From positions 1 through 10,834 of the forward strand of contig NW_021827150.1 in the NCBI RefSeq assembly GCF_006345805.1: a DNA stretch of 10,834 nucleotides, in the 5' to 3' direction. Made by a program: the position numbers and the translations under genes. Shown here piece after piece: positions 1 through 8,470 of the stretch. Each line of letters opens with the position of its first letter. Position 1 is the first letter of the stretch. This stretch comes from Octopus sinensis. Lineage: Eukaryota. A model generated the notes under the pieces. The model was given only the letters and a program-made list of their open reading frames with translations, searched no databases and was not told where the DNA came from.

Positions 1-91
1 ATTGGCTAGAAAGAGCAGTAGGAAATCTCAAGACCACAAAAAAGGATAAATCACACGGAAGGAATGAAAATTAAAAACGCTTACCATCTCA

Positions 92-212
92 ACTATATAT
101 ATATATATTATATATTATATTTATGTAAGATGCATATGTATGTGTATATGTATATATATATATTATATATATATATATTATATATATAATAATATATATA
201 TATATAGAGATG

Positions 213-245
<33 letters not shown>

Positions 246-261
246 AGACGGAGAGAGTGAG
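92..261. repeat. Degenerate (TA)n microsatellite followed by (GA)n/G-rich purine tract
   Basis: TA runs at ~92-207, then AG dinucleotide run and G-run at ~208-261, read directly. Confidence 0.95.
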
Positions 262-303
262 ATTTATGTTTGCATAAGTATATTTATATGTATATACACG
301 TGT

Positions 304-585
304 GGAGGCTCAATGGCCCAGTGGTTAGGGCAGTGGTTTCGATTCCCAGACCGGACGTTGTGAGTGTTTATTGAGCGAAAACACCTAAAAAGCTCCACGA
401 GTCTCCGGCGGGGCGGGGGGGGGATCCCTGCTGTACTCTTTCGCCACATCTTTCTTCTGATGGCCTGCTCGCTTAGCCAGCGGGGTCGCATCATTCGAAG
501 GCTAAAAAAACAATGCGAACGCATTGTGTCCAGCGATGTGTAGCAACATCTGATAGCCTGGTCAGTCACGGTGATCACGGTGATA
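304..585 (+). mobile_element. tRNA-derived SINE (family A) with an internal deletion in the tRNA head
   Basis: Pol III A box TGGCCCAGTGG at 314-324 and B-box-like GGTTTCGATTCCC at 335-347, only 10 nt apart. GC-richer body. 3' end is a tandem (TCACGGTGA)x2 at 566-583. Candidate TSD ATATACACGTGT (292-303) / ATATACACATGT (583-594), 11/12 match but low complexity. Resembles, from memory, octopus tRNA-Arg-type SINEs. Confidence 0.8.
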
Positions 586-608
586 TACACATGTATGTAT
601 ATATATAT

Positions 609-612
609 AGTG

Positions 613-646
<34 letters not shown>
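609..646. repeat. (TG)n microsatellite
   Basis: Direct read. Confidence 0.95.
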
Positions 647-651
<5 letters not shown>

Positions 652-970
652 CTCGGAGCTCGCTCTTTCACGTGTTTATTATATTAAAAACGTATTTACG
701 ATTATCTGATATGTGTTCACGTGTTGATAATATCTTTTAAATTGTTTACTTACTGCATCAGTTGTAGAACTGTGTCAGTGACCGGGAGCTGCAGGTGGAC
801 GACAATAATTTTGACATCTCAATAAATAAATGGGAAGTGATTTTAACGGGTTTTCTTTGGTTTTAAATGGTGAGAAATGACCCTTCAACGATGTATTTGC
901 TCTTTACAAAGATATATAATATTACTATAACACAAAACCATCACGATATAGTGTAAATGATAATAAGAAC

Positions 971-1187
971 CCTTTCTACTATTGGCGCAAGGCCTGAAAC
1001 CGGTGAGCAGGGGAAAGATAGTCGATTACATAGACACCAGTGTCCAGCTGGTACTAATTTCAGTGACTCCAAAAGATTGAAAAACAAAGTCTACCTAGTC
1101 GAAATATGAACTCAGAGCATAGCGACGGATGACATGCCGTGAAGCACTTCGCCCGGCTTGCTAACGATTCTGCCAGCTCGCCGCTTT
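971..1187 (-). mobile_element. tRNA-derived SINE family B, copy 1 (full length, diverged)
   Basis: Aligns with five downstream copies. Minus-strand head AAAGCGGCGAGCTGGCAGAATCGTTAGC with A box TGGCAGAATCG. 3' tail reads cctttctactattggcgcaaggcctgaaa on +. Confidence 0.9.
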
Positions 1188-1193
1188 AATACT

Positions 1194-1387
1194 CCTTTCT
1201 ACTATTGGCCCAAGGCCTGAAATTTGGGGGTAGGATGCTTATCGATTACATCGACCCCTAATGTTTCACTGGTACTTATTTCACCGACCCCGAAAGGATG
1301 GAAAGCAAAGTTGAACACAGAACGCAGGGACGGACGAAATGCCGCGAAACATTCTGCCCGGCATGTTAACAATTCTGCCAGTTCGCC

Positions 1388-1389
<2 letters not shown>
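1194..1389 (-). mobile_element. SINE family B, copy 2 (~16 nt deletion cutting the B box)
   Basis: Tail cctttctactattggcccaaggcctgaaa is nearly identical to copy 1. Core cgaccccgaaaggatggaaagcaaag present. Lacks cgacctcggcggaat seen in copy 3. Confidence 0.9.
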
Positions 1390-1441
<52 letters not shown>

Positions 1442-1468
1442 TATTATTATAACAATAATAATAATAAA
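1388..1468. repeat. (TTA)n then (AAT)n spacer microsatellite in inverted arrangement
   Basis: About 20 TTA units followed by ACA(ATA)4. Confidence 0.95.
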
Positions 1469-1666
1469 GGTTTCAAATTTTGCCTCAGTGGGGGGGGGGG
1501 GGTGATTAGATCGACTCCAGAGTTCAAATGGTTCTTATTTCATCGAATCAAAAGGATGAAAGGCAAGGTCGCCCTCGGCGGAATTTGAACTCAGAACATA
1601 AAGACGAACGAAATGCTGCTAAGCATTCTATCCGGCGTGCTAACGATTCTGCCAGCTCACCGCCTT
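1469..1666 (-). mobile_element. SINE family B, copy 3 (alternative 3' tail)
   Basis: B box GTTCAAATTCC (+ 1580-1590) and A box TGGCAGAATCG (+ 1644-1654). Tail reads ggtttcaaattttgcc on + instead of cctttctacta. Confidence 0.92.
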
Positions 1667-1682
1667 AATAATAATAATAACG

Positions 1683-1741
<59 letters not shown>
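1667..1741. repeat. (AAT)n microsatellite spacer
   Basis: About 25 units with one ACG interruption. Confidence 0.95.
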
Positions 1742-1945
1742 CCTTTCGACTACAGACACATGGGCTGAAATTGGGGCGGAGGGGCATAGACGATGACATT
1801 AGCCCCAGTACTCGACTGGTACTTAATTTACCCACCCCGAAAGCTAAGTCGACCTCAGCGGAATTTGAACTCAGAATGTAGCGACAGACGAAAACTGCGA
1901 AGCATTTCGCCTGGCGTTCTAACGATTCTGCCAGCTCGCCGCCTT
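1742..1945 (-). mobile_element. SINE family B, copy 4
   Basis: gtcgacctcagcggaatttgaactcagaa and aacgattctgccagctcgccgcctt match the other copies. 9-nt deletion at the GAAAG repeat. Confidence 0.92.
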
Positions 1946-2139
<194 letters not shown>

Positions 2140-2332
2140 TCTTTCAACTGAAAGCACAAGGCCTTGGAATTTTGGGGGAGGGAACTCGTCGACTGGTACT
2201 TAATTTATCGGTCCCAAAAGGATGAAAGGCAAAGTCGATCTCGGCGTAATTTGAAGTCAGAACGTGAAGACGGACGAAACGCAGCCAAGCATTTTGTCCG
2301 GCGTGCTATCGTTTCTGCCAGCTCGCCATCTT
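2140..2332 (-). mobile_element. SINE family B, copy 5
   Basis: aaaggatgaaaggcaaagtcgatctcggcgtaatttgaagtcagaacg ... tctgccagctcgcc matches the family. ~22 nt deletion in the tail between two TCGA motifs. Confidence 0.9.
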
Positions 2333-2333
2333 A

Positions 2334-2470
2334 TTTCTACAATATACACAAAGCCGGAAATATAGGGAAGTGAGTGAGTTGATAAATACAACCCCAGTAC
2401 TTAACTGGTATTTAACGCATCGACTCCGTAAGGACGGACGAAATGCAGCGAAGCATACTGTCCGACACGC
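2334..2470 (-). mobile_element. SINE family B, copy 6 (internally deleted, head missing)
   Basis: Tail tttctacaatatacacaaagccggaaat, then accccagtacttaactggta, and ggacggacgaaatgcagcgaagcat align to the other copies. ~48 nt core deletion; 5' head absent. Confidence 0.75.
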
Positions 2471-2481
2471 AATATGCGAGC

Positions 2482-2529
2482 GTGTGTGTGTGTGTGTTTG
2501 TCTGTGTAAGTGTGTGTGCGTGTTTGTGT

Positions 2530-2603
<74 letters not shown>
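2482..2603. repeat. (TG)n microsatellite
   Basis: Direct read, about 120 bp with a few interruptions. Confidence 0.95.
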
Positions 2604-2605
<2 letters not shown>

Positions 2606-2820
2606 GTGCTTGTGCGTGTTCGTGAGTTCAATCTCAATCATTCGCAGGCGAGAATGGTTTGATAAAATGTAATATTCTTTCGCTAATTGTTTCAGGTACC
2701 TGAATAATCGCGTGCAAACATAGACGCATTTACTATATTACACATGCACGCTCACTTTCTCTCCATCTCTTTCTCTCTCTCACTGTCTCTCTCCCTCTTC
2801 CTTTCACTCTACCTCATTCT

Positions 2821-2885
2821 ATGAAATATAGATACATATATATATATACATCATACATACATGCATATTATATATATATATATAT

Positions 2886-2968
<83 letters not shown>

Positions 2969-3306
2969 ATATATATATAATTATATATATATTATATATA
3001 TAAAGTTAATCCAAACAAGAAAACAAAAAAACACAACAACGCAAGGACGTGGAACAAATAAAGTATTATTGGACGCTCAGGAAAGAAGATACATATATAT
3101 ACATATATATATATTTTATATATATAATATATATAATATATATATATATCTATATATAGATATATAGATATATATCTATATATATATATATATATATAGA
3201 CATATCATATATATAGACATATACATATATATGTAGTATTATATATATATATAGATATAGATATATATATATACAATACATATATATACATATACATATA
3301 TATACG

Positions 3307-3343
<37 letters not shown>

Positions 3344-3364
3344 TATAATATATATATATATATA

Positions 3365-3398
<34 letters not shown>

Positions 3399-3470
3399 TA
3401 TATATACTATATGTACATATATATAGACATATACATATATACAGTACATATACATATATATATATAAAAT
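2821..3470. repeat. Long degenerate (TA)n satellite with a non-repetitive island at 3002-3089
   Basis: TA/TATC/TACA units read directly. Confidence 0.95.
3003..3089 (-). mobile_element. Possible fragment of a Penelope-like element terminal region
   Basis: Unique 87-bp island in the TA satellite (…caacaacgcaaggacgtggaacaaataaagtattattggacgctcaggaaagaag). The assignment rests only on my recollection of a similar cephalopod repeat; no coding or ribozyme motif is present here. Confidence 0.25.
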
Positions 3471-3755
3471 TTCATTTCAGAATGAGATTAAAAAAAACAA
3501 CCAAGGCTGTGAACATTTATAAGTATATATACATCATACGAATATTTAAATATACGCACGTATACATACATATGCACACGACCGGTTTAAATTTCCCACC
3601 TGAACTCCTCGTGCGATATAGTCAAAATACCACCACAGTGAATATAATGACAAAGTAAATATATAAATTTATGTAAATAAGGATAAGATCGTTATTTAAA
3701 TTTGGAACTTATCAGGTGGCCAGCATGGGAATAAAAACCTTCAAAGGTAATATAC

Positions 3756-3858
3756 GTGCGTGTGTGTGTGTGTGTGTGTGTCTACATATATGTGTATGTG
3801 TGTGTGTGTGTCTACATATATGTGTATGTGTGTGTCTACATATATGTGTATGTGTGTG
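3756..3858. repeat. Higher-order repeat: (GT)n + CTACATATATGTGTAT x3
   Basis: Identical 16-mer at 3782-3797, 3812-3827 and 3836-3851, each preceded by a GT tract of 11, 7 and 4 units respectively. Confidence 0.92.
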
Positions 3859-3866
3859 GATGGTTG

Positions 3867-3892
3867 TAGATAGATAGATAGATAGATAGATG

Positions 3893-3944
<52 letters not shown>

Positions 3945-3946
3945 GA
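3867..3946. repeat. (TAGA)n / GATA microsatellite
   Basis: Direct read. Confidence 0.95.
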
Positions 3947-3949
3947 AAC

Positions 3950-4413
3950 TATACATATACATATACATACATACATTTATAAACATATCTATATCACAAA
4001 ATATATATACATTCATACACACATGCATAACATGCAAGCATATATATATATATACATTTATACATTCATATACACATACATTCTTGCGCACATATATGCA
4101 AAACATACATAATATACATGCATATATACATACATATACACACATAATACATACACACACATACATACATACATACACACACACATACACACATATACAT
4201 ACATATACACATACATACATATACACATACATACATACATACATACTACATACATAGTTACATACATACATACACACATAGATACATACATACATACATA
4301 CATACATCATACATACATACATACACACATAGATACATACATACATACATACATACATACATACATACATACATACATACATACATACATACATACATAC
4401 ATACATACATACA
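3950..4413. repeat. Degenerate (CATA)n/(CA)n satellite ending in a near-pure (CATA)n tract
   Basis: Direct read; source of the MYVC ORFs. Confidence 0.95.
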
Positions 4414-4432
4414 TGCGCTTACATCCATAATA

Positions 4433-4733
4433 CAGAGTCGGTTTCTATGATTAATTTTCCAATTGATCGATCAACAAAGCACACACTTCATTGTTTTAGC
4501 TTGAGAGTGGATGAATATTCCGCAGTTATCTATTTCGTTAACCCGATCCTCGGGATCAATATAAAACAGCGATCACAAGGTTTGATTGATTGAATTGCGG
4601 ATACAATCCATCCGATGAGCTTCAGCATAGTTTCTAATAGATGTTTTAGGTGCGTGTCAACTCCAAGCTATTGAAGAAAAAACTTGTTCAAGATACCAAG
4701 CAGCGGGATCGAACGAGAGATCCCTTGGTTGCC
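4433..4733 (-). mobile_element. Old CORE-like tRNA SINE, 5' head truncated
   Basis: Minus strand gcaacc…gttcgatcccgctgcttggtatcttgaacaagttttttcttcaata…gaaactatgctgaagctcatcg aligns with the SINE at 9138-9226 (gcaacc…gttctgttccgctgcgcagcatttgagcaaacggattctactata…gaatctgtgtaaaaatccgtcg). B-box-like GTTCGATCCC present. The 3' boundary is from a recalled tail consensus and is approximate. Confidence 0.6.
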
Positions 4734-5048
4734 TTTCGGCTATAGTCCCGTCCATACACACATGATGGACTCTCGTACGTTGCTTCAACGTGCGAAGCCT
4801 CATCAAGACACAGCTTTATAATGTAGATCTGTGGAAGACAACCTTTTCCCTGTAACTGATTTTGTGCGGGGTCAAAGCTGAAGACTTCCAGCAGAATCCT
4901 CGACCTGTCTCTGTCGTCTCTTTCCCTGTCTCCACTGGAATCACGAAGAAAGTGTGACGGTACTGTTGCTGGTGTTGGTGTTTTAGTTTGCTGACCAGCC
5001 TGGTGACCAACTTGCTGACCAACAATGAATATTGTTATAGTGGGCATG

Positions 5049-5290
5049 GTTTGTGCATTCTCTCGTCCTTCAAACATGTATTGGCTTGGTGCAACAACCG
5101 CCACAAAACCAGTACAGATACAGGATTTGTGTGGAGTTACATTCCCTTACATGAACAGTTAAAGAGCTGAAGGATTTCACCCACCATGGGTGCTTTGGCG
5201 TATCGGTAAGTGATGGTCTTTCAGAAGCATTTCCGTGACAACCTAAGTGTGCCAAAGCTGGGTTCCTAGCAGGAGCTAGTACACCGGATC
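5049..5290 (-). pseudogene. Possible decayed Cys-rich (tesmin/TSO1-like CXC) C-terminus of a DNA-transposon-type protein
   Basis: Read across frameshifts: ILQLFNCSCKG (5175-5143) / ECNS / HKSCIC / GCCTK / EGRE-CTN (5060-5049), preceded by an HG(W)-like motif. Needs several frameshifts, so weak. Confidence 0.3.
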
Positions 5291-5566
5291 TCACCTGGGG
5301 ACAATAACTGCTAAGTAGCCCCGCGCTCCTCAAAACCCTAAGACTCTCGTATCATGGTTCTGCTACTGGATTTAGCTTAAAGACATACCAAGGACATACA
5401 CACATACAGGGAAAATTAGTACTACGAGCCATAAATGGAACTTGTGAAGCATTTCATTAGTTTAGGCTCTACAATGCTTATAAATTTGTATCGGCATTTT
5501 AACACACACGTGTGCATATATCCCTGCTGTCTGTGTGTCTGTGTGTGTTTATTTATGCATATACGC

Positions 5567-5569
<3 letters not shown>

Positions 5570-5599
<30 letters not shown>

Positions 5600-5636
5600 T
5601 GTATGTATGTATGTATGTATGTATGTGTATGTATGT
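5570..5636. repeat. (TATG)n microsatellite
   Basis: Direct read. Confidence 0.95.
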
Positions 5637-5713
5637 CAAAATCTTCAATTATTCTCGTACGCAGTGACGTATTATGCAAGCATGCACACATTCAGATATT
5701 TGTACACAGATAC

Positions 5714-5769
5714 ACACGTACTCACATACACGTACTCACATACACGTACTCACATACACGTACTCACAT
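5714..5769. repeat. 14-bp minisatellite (ACACGTACTCACAT)x4, perfect
   Basis: Units at 5714, 5728, 5742 and 5756 are identical. Confidence 0.95.
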
Positions 5770-6005
5770 ACCTGATGATGAATTTTCAAAGTTGAAGAAA
5801 TTTGCCTCTGCTATGGTATCAGTATTTGGAACAACTTATGTCTGTGAGCAAACAATATAAAAAATGAAGTATGTGAAGTCAGCACATCGGCTGAGGTTGA
5901 CTGATAAACATTTGAAAGCAATTCTCTTGGTTGGATGCTGTAATTCCAAAGCAAATATTGATGATATCTTAAAAAGCTAAACACCAGTTTCCTAAATCTC
6001 ACTAA
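5768..6005 (+). pseudogene. hAT transposase C-terminal dimerization domain, disrupted
   Basis: IPDDEFSKLKKFASAMVSVFGTTYVCEQTI*KMKYVKSAHRLRLTDKHLKAILLVG…, frameshift, then AKHQFPKSH* (stop 6003-6005). Matches the FGSTYxCEQxFSxMKxxKSxxRxRLTDxHL motif of GTF2IRD2/SPIN/Charlie-like transposases. In-frame stop at 5858-5860. Confidence 0.92.
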
Positions 6006-6226
6006 CCGTTTTTGCTGTTTAGTTTGTAAGATTCGGACATGTGCACACTTGGTGTGATATAACTTATTGCTAACATCGCTTTCTTTGATAACCTTTTCAT
6101 AAATAAATATGTCGGTATTTTGTTTTTGTGCATTCCCTGTATTGTTTTGAACAAAATTGCTATGCGGCCCGCGCTCGACATTCTCTCAGTTATTGGGCCC
6201 GCTGTGGAAAAGTTTAGTAACCCCTG
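5768..6226 (+). mobile_element. hAT DNA transposon (Buster/Charlie type), 3' fragment with right TIR
   Basis: Transposase C-terminal motif followed by a 3' UTR. Terminus reads CAGGGGTTACTAAACTTTTCC on the minus strand, a typical hAT CAGGGG end. Followed by 8 bp TCCTAGTC (6227-6234), which fits the nnnTAnnn target preference of Buster elements. No left end found. Confidence 0.9.
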
Positions 6227-6480
6227 TCCTAGTCAAATGCCGTGACTACTAGGAGTCCCTCCAGCACCACCCAAGGGTGTTTCTGTATCCCTGCATTCAG
6301 ATTGTCATCAGATATGCCAACACATAGCTGGGACCCTGGTAGATGCAGCTACTTCGAATCAGAACTGAACTGAGCGGAAGAATACTGACTAAGAAGTGAT
6401 CCCACTAAGAAGTGAACTCACGAACTAGAGCCAACTACCGGATGCATTTTAAAGTCATACCATGCACACACACACACACA

Positions 6481-7396
6481 CGAGAGGGTACCCAAAAGAA
6501 ACCGGAATTTTGCAATATTATTTTATTCACTTAGTTTTATATCTTTACACTGTTATTGCCTTCAAAGAATTCTCCATTAGAAGCAGTGCATCGGTTAAGG
6601 CAAGTTTTTCATTATTCGAAGCAGTCCTGGAACTCTTGCGAAATGATGCCTTTTAACTCCTCTGTCGTTTTTTACTTCACTTCTACATCTGCCAAATGTT
6701 TTCCTTTATGGATTTTTTTTCGTTCGGAGGAACAAGAATGAGTCGCAGGAATCAAGATCGAGTGAGCAGGGAGTGCGGGTAAAAGGGATCACGCATTCAG
6801 CCATGACTGCTTTTGATCTTCTGTGAGCCAGCGAGGCACAAATTTTGCTGCAACTCTTTTCATTCGCGATTTCTCGCTCAAAATTCGTTGGCAGGAGCTT
6901 CAGGACACACCAGTCATATCAACGATTTCAACAATTGTTCGGCAACGGTACTACAAGATCAGTTCATGAATTTTCGTGATGTTTTCCTTCGTTCGAGAAG
7001 TCGACGATCACCCTGAACGAGGTTGGTTTTTTTCAAGCAACAAGTGACCATTCCTAAACCGTGAAAACCACTCGTAAACTTGTATTTTGCTCATAGTAGC
7101 GTCCTTGTAAGCTTTTTTGAAGCATGAAAACTGTTTCGGCCACCGTTTTCCTGAGCAGAAAACAGAATTTCACGGAAGCACGCTGTTCCTTCGTTTCAGC
7201 CATCGCAAAAATCGACGAACAGAGGAGAAGTATTGCAAAACAAAAACGCATCACGTGACAGTACGACGTTACTCGACAATGACGGTCGGCAGACTGATGC
7301 CTGAGGGTCCCATCAAGTGACTTCTAAAGGCGGAAGACTGAACTACAACGATCATGTCCCACAGAACTTTTCCAGTTACTTTTGGGTACCTTCTCG
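6481..7396 (-). mobile_element. Mariner element, 916 bp internal-deletion derivative with both TIRs
   Basis: TIRs CGAGAGGGTACCCAAAAGAAACCGGAA (6481-6507) and 7370-7396 match at 24/27. TA target duplications are degraded (CA on the left, TT on the right). Confidence 0.93.
6537..7203 (-). pseudogene. Mariner transposase remnant lacking the central catalytic region
   Basis: MAETKEQRASVKFCFLL…VYEWFSRFRNG…RSG*SSTSRT…AAKFVPRWLTEDQKQSWLNA joins at ~6790 directly to PCSLDLDSCDSFLF (the YSPDLAPxD motif) and then KGKHLADVE…RCTASNGEFFEG. Several stops and frameshifts. TGDE and HDNA motifs are absent. Confidence 0.92.
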
Positions 7397-7433
7397 TTGT
7401 TATATTCATACATACATACATACATAGCTACAG

Positions 7434-8470
7434 AGATGTAGGCAAACTGCATAATGGGAAGGCACCTAGAAGGGACTTAGAGGGGATACTGGTATAAGAG
7501 GCTGGCATTTTACAGGAAACCACAAGTATATTCAAAAGAATTATGGAAGGTCAGATTAGCATACCAAACTGGCTTGCTATAGCAAGAATGAATCTCGTAG
7601 CCAAGAATAAAACCACCGAGCTGCCTGAAAAGTGCAGGCCCATAGCTTGCTTAAACATTATGTACGAAGTGCGGACAAGCTGCGTCAACCAGTTTCTCCA
7701 GGAACATTGTGAGTCCAACAACATAGTGACTGATGAGCAGGCAGGAGAAGAGAAGGGATTGTGGAGATGTGCTGTATAGTTTTGATAAATAAAGCTGTAT
7801 TGTCTGAAGTGAAAAATATCGCAAAAGCCTTGCAGCGGTATGGCTTGATTATAGGAAGGAATTTCACTCTATACCGCGCTCATGGCTGCTAAAGTCTGTA
7901 CTTTTGGCAAAAGTGGCTGCTGCCTTTACTGCTGCCATTGAGAGACTCACAAAGACCTGGACAACAACTCTTGCACACAGAACGGAGAGTGGAACAATCG
8001 TCTCCAATGTTATAAATATTTCAAAGGGAATATTCCAAAAAAAACATTTCTGTAATTCTGTTCATTTTGGCATTGAATCAACTACCTTTTCTGCTACAAA
8101 AGTTAAACGACTACATGCTAGGGTCTACAATAGTTAGAGATATTAATGTAACTCATAATTTCTTCGTAGATACCTCAAGTTTTAGGTTTGAAATGTTAAC
8201 AATGCCAAAAACACGGCTGGAATTAATAACAACATTTTCAGCTGACATAGGAATGGAATTTGGCCAAAAGAAATGTTGATCCTTGATTGTTGTGTGGGGA
8301 GAATCAGTCCCCCAGAACCCAAATTGTGCATCAATGGTTTCACTATCTCTCTTGTCCCACACAAAGAATGCTACAAGTACTTGGGCATTGATGGACGCAT
8401 ATCATACGAAGGTACCATGAATTAAGATTGAGGAACTCGAGAATATTACGTCAGACTATGGATAACTACT
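7434..8470 (+). mobile_element. Non-LTR retrotransposon reverse transcriptase remnant, R4/Dong-like (RLE-type) clade
   Basis: Ordered RT motifs across frameshifts: KLHNGKAP…GYWYK, IPNWL, RPIACLNIMYE, EQAG, LINKAV, VWLDYRKEFHSIPRSWL, KGIFQ, ILFILALN, THNFFVD, FSADIGMEFGQKKC, YKYLGID, EYYVRL. The FSxDIGMxFGxxKC and WxDYxKAFDSxPHSW signatures are typical of R4/Dong/Rex6. RT call is certain; clade call is ~0.75. Confidence 0.9.

Noticed and set aside
754-788. Possible 35-nt minus-strand exon (CAG acceptor, GTAAGT donor; LPVTDTVLQLM)
   Set aside because: Weak polypyrimidine tract, no homology recognised, and compatible with chance.
2262-2281. Hammerhead-like GTGAAGA-CGGAC-GAAAC in SINE copy 5
   Set aside because: Lacks the conserved C of CUGANGA and a stem II. 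The other copies read TAAAGA or similar, so the motif is not conserved.
2306-2672. HT- and CV-repeat ORFs (also 264-740)
   Set aside because: Translations of (TG)n; no coding signal.
2691-2704. Perfect 14-bp palindrome TTCAGGTACCTGAA overlapping an acceptor-like ctaattgtttcag
   Set aside because: About one such palindrome is expected by chance per 10 kb, and no convincing exon follows.
3741-4406. 221-aa MYVC-repeat ORF (also 5422-5795 and 8711-9177)
   Set aside because: (TATG)n contains no stop codons and many ATGs, so these are artefacts.
4688-5104. 138-aa ORF as a real gene
   Set aside because: Its 3' end runs into a SINE, it has no recognisable domain or splice context, and the length is within chance for a more GC-rich segment.
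6227-6254. Inverted repeat TCCTAGT…ACTAGGA beside the hAT end
   Set aside because: Only 7 perfect bp; not distinguishable from chance and not a TIR pair of a recognisable element.
7396-7434. Idea that the LINE and the mariner form one composite element
   Set aside because: They are separated by a (CATA)n tract, the mariner is closed by its own TIR, and there is no shared TSD.
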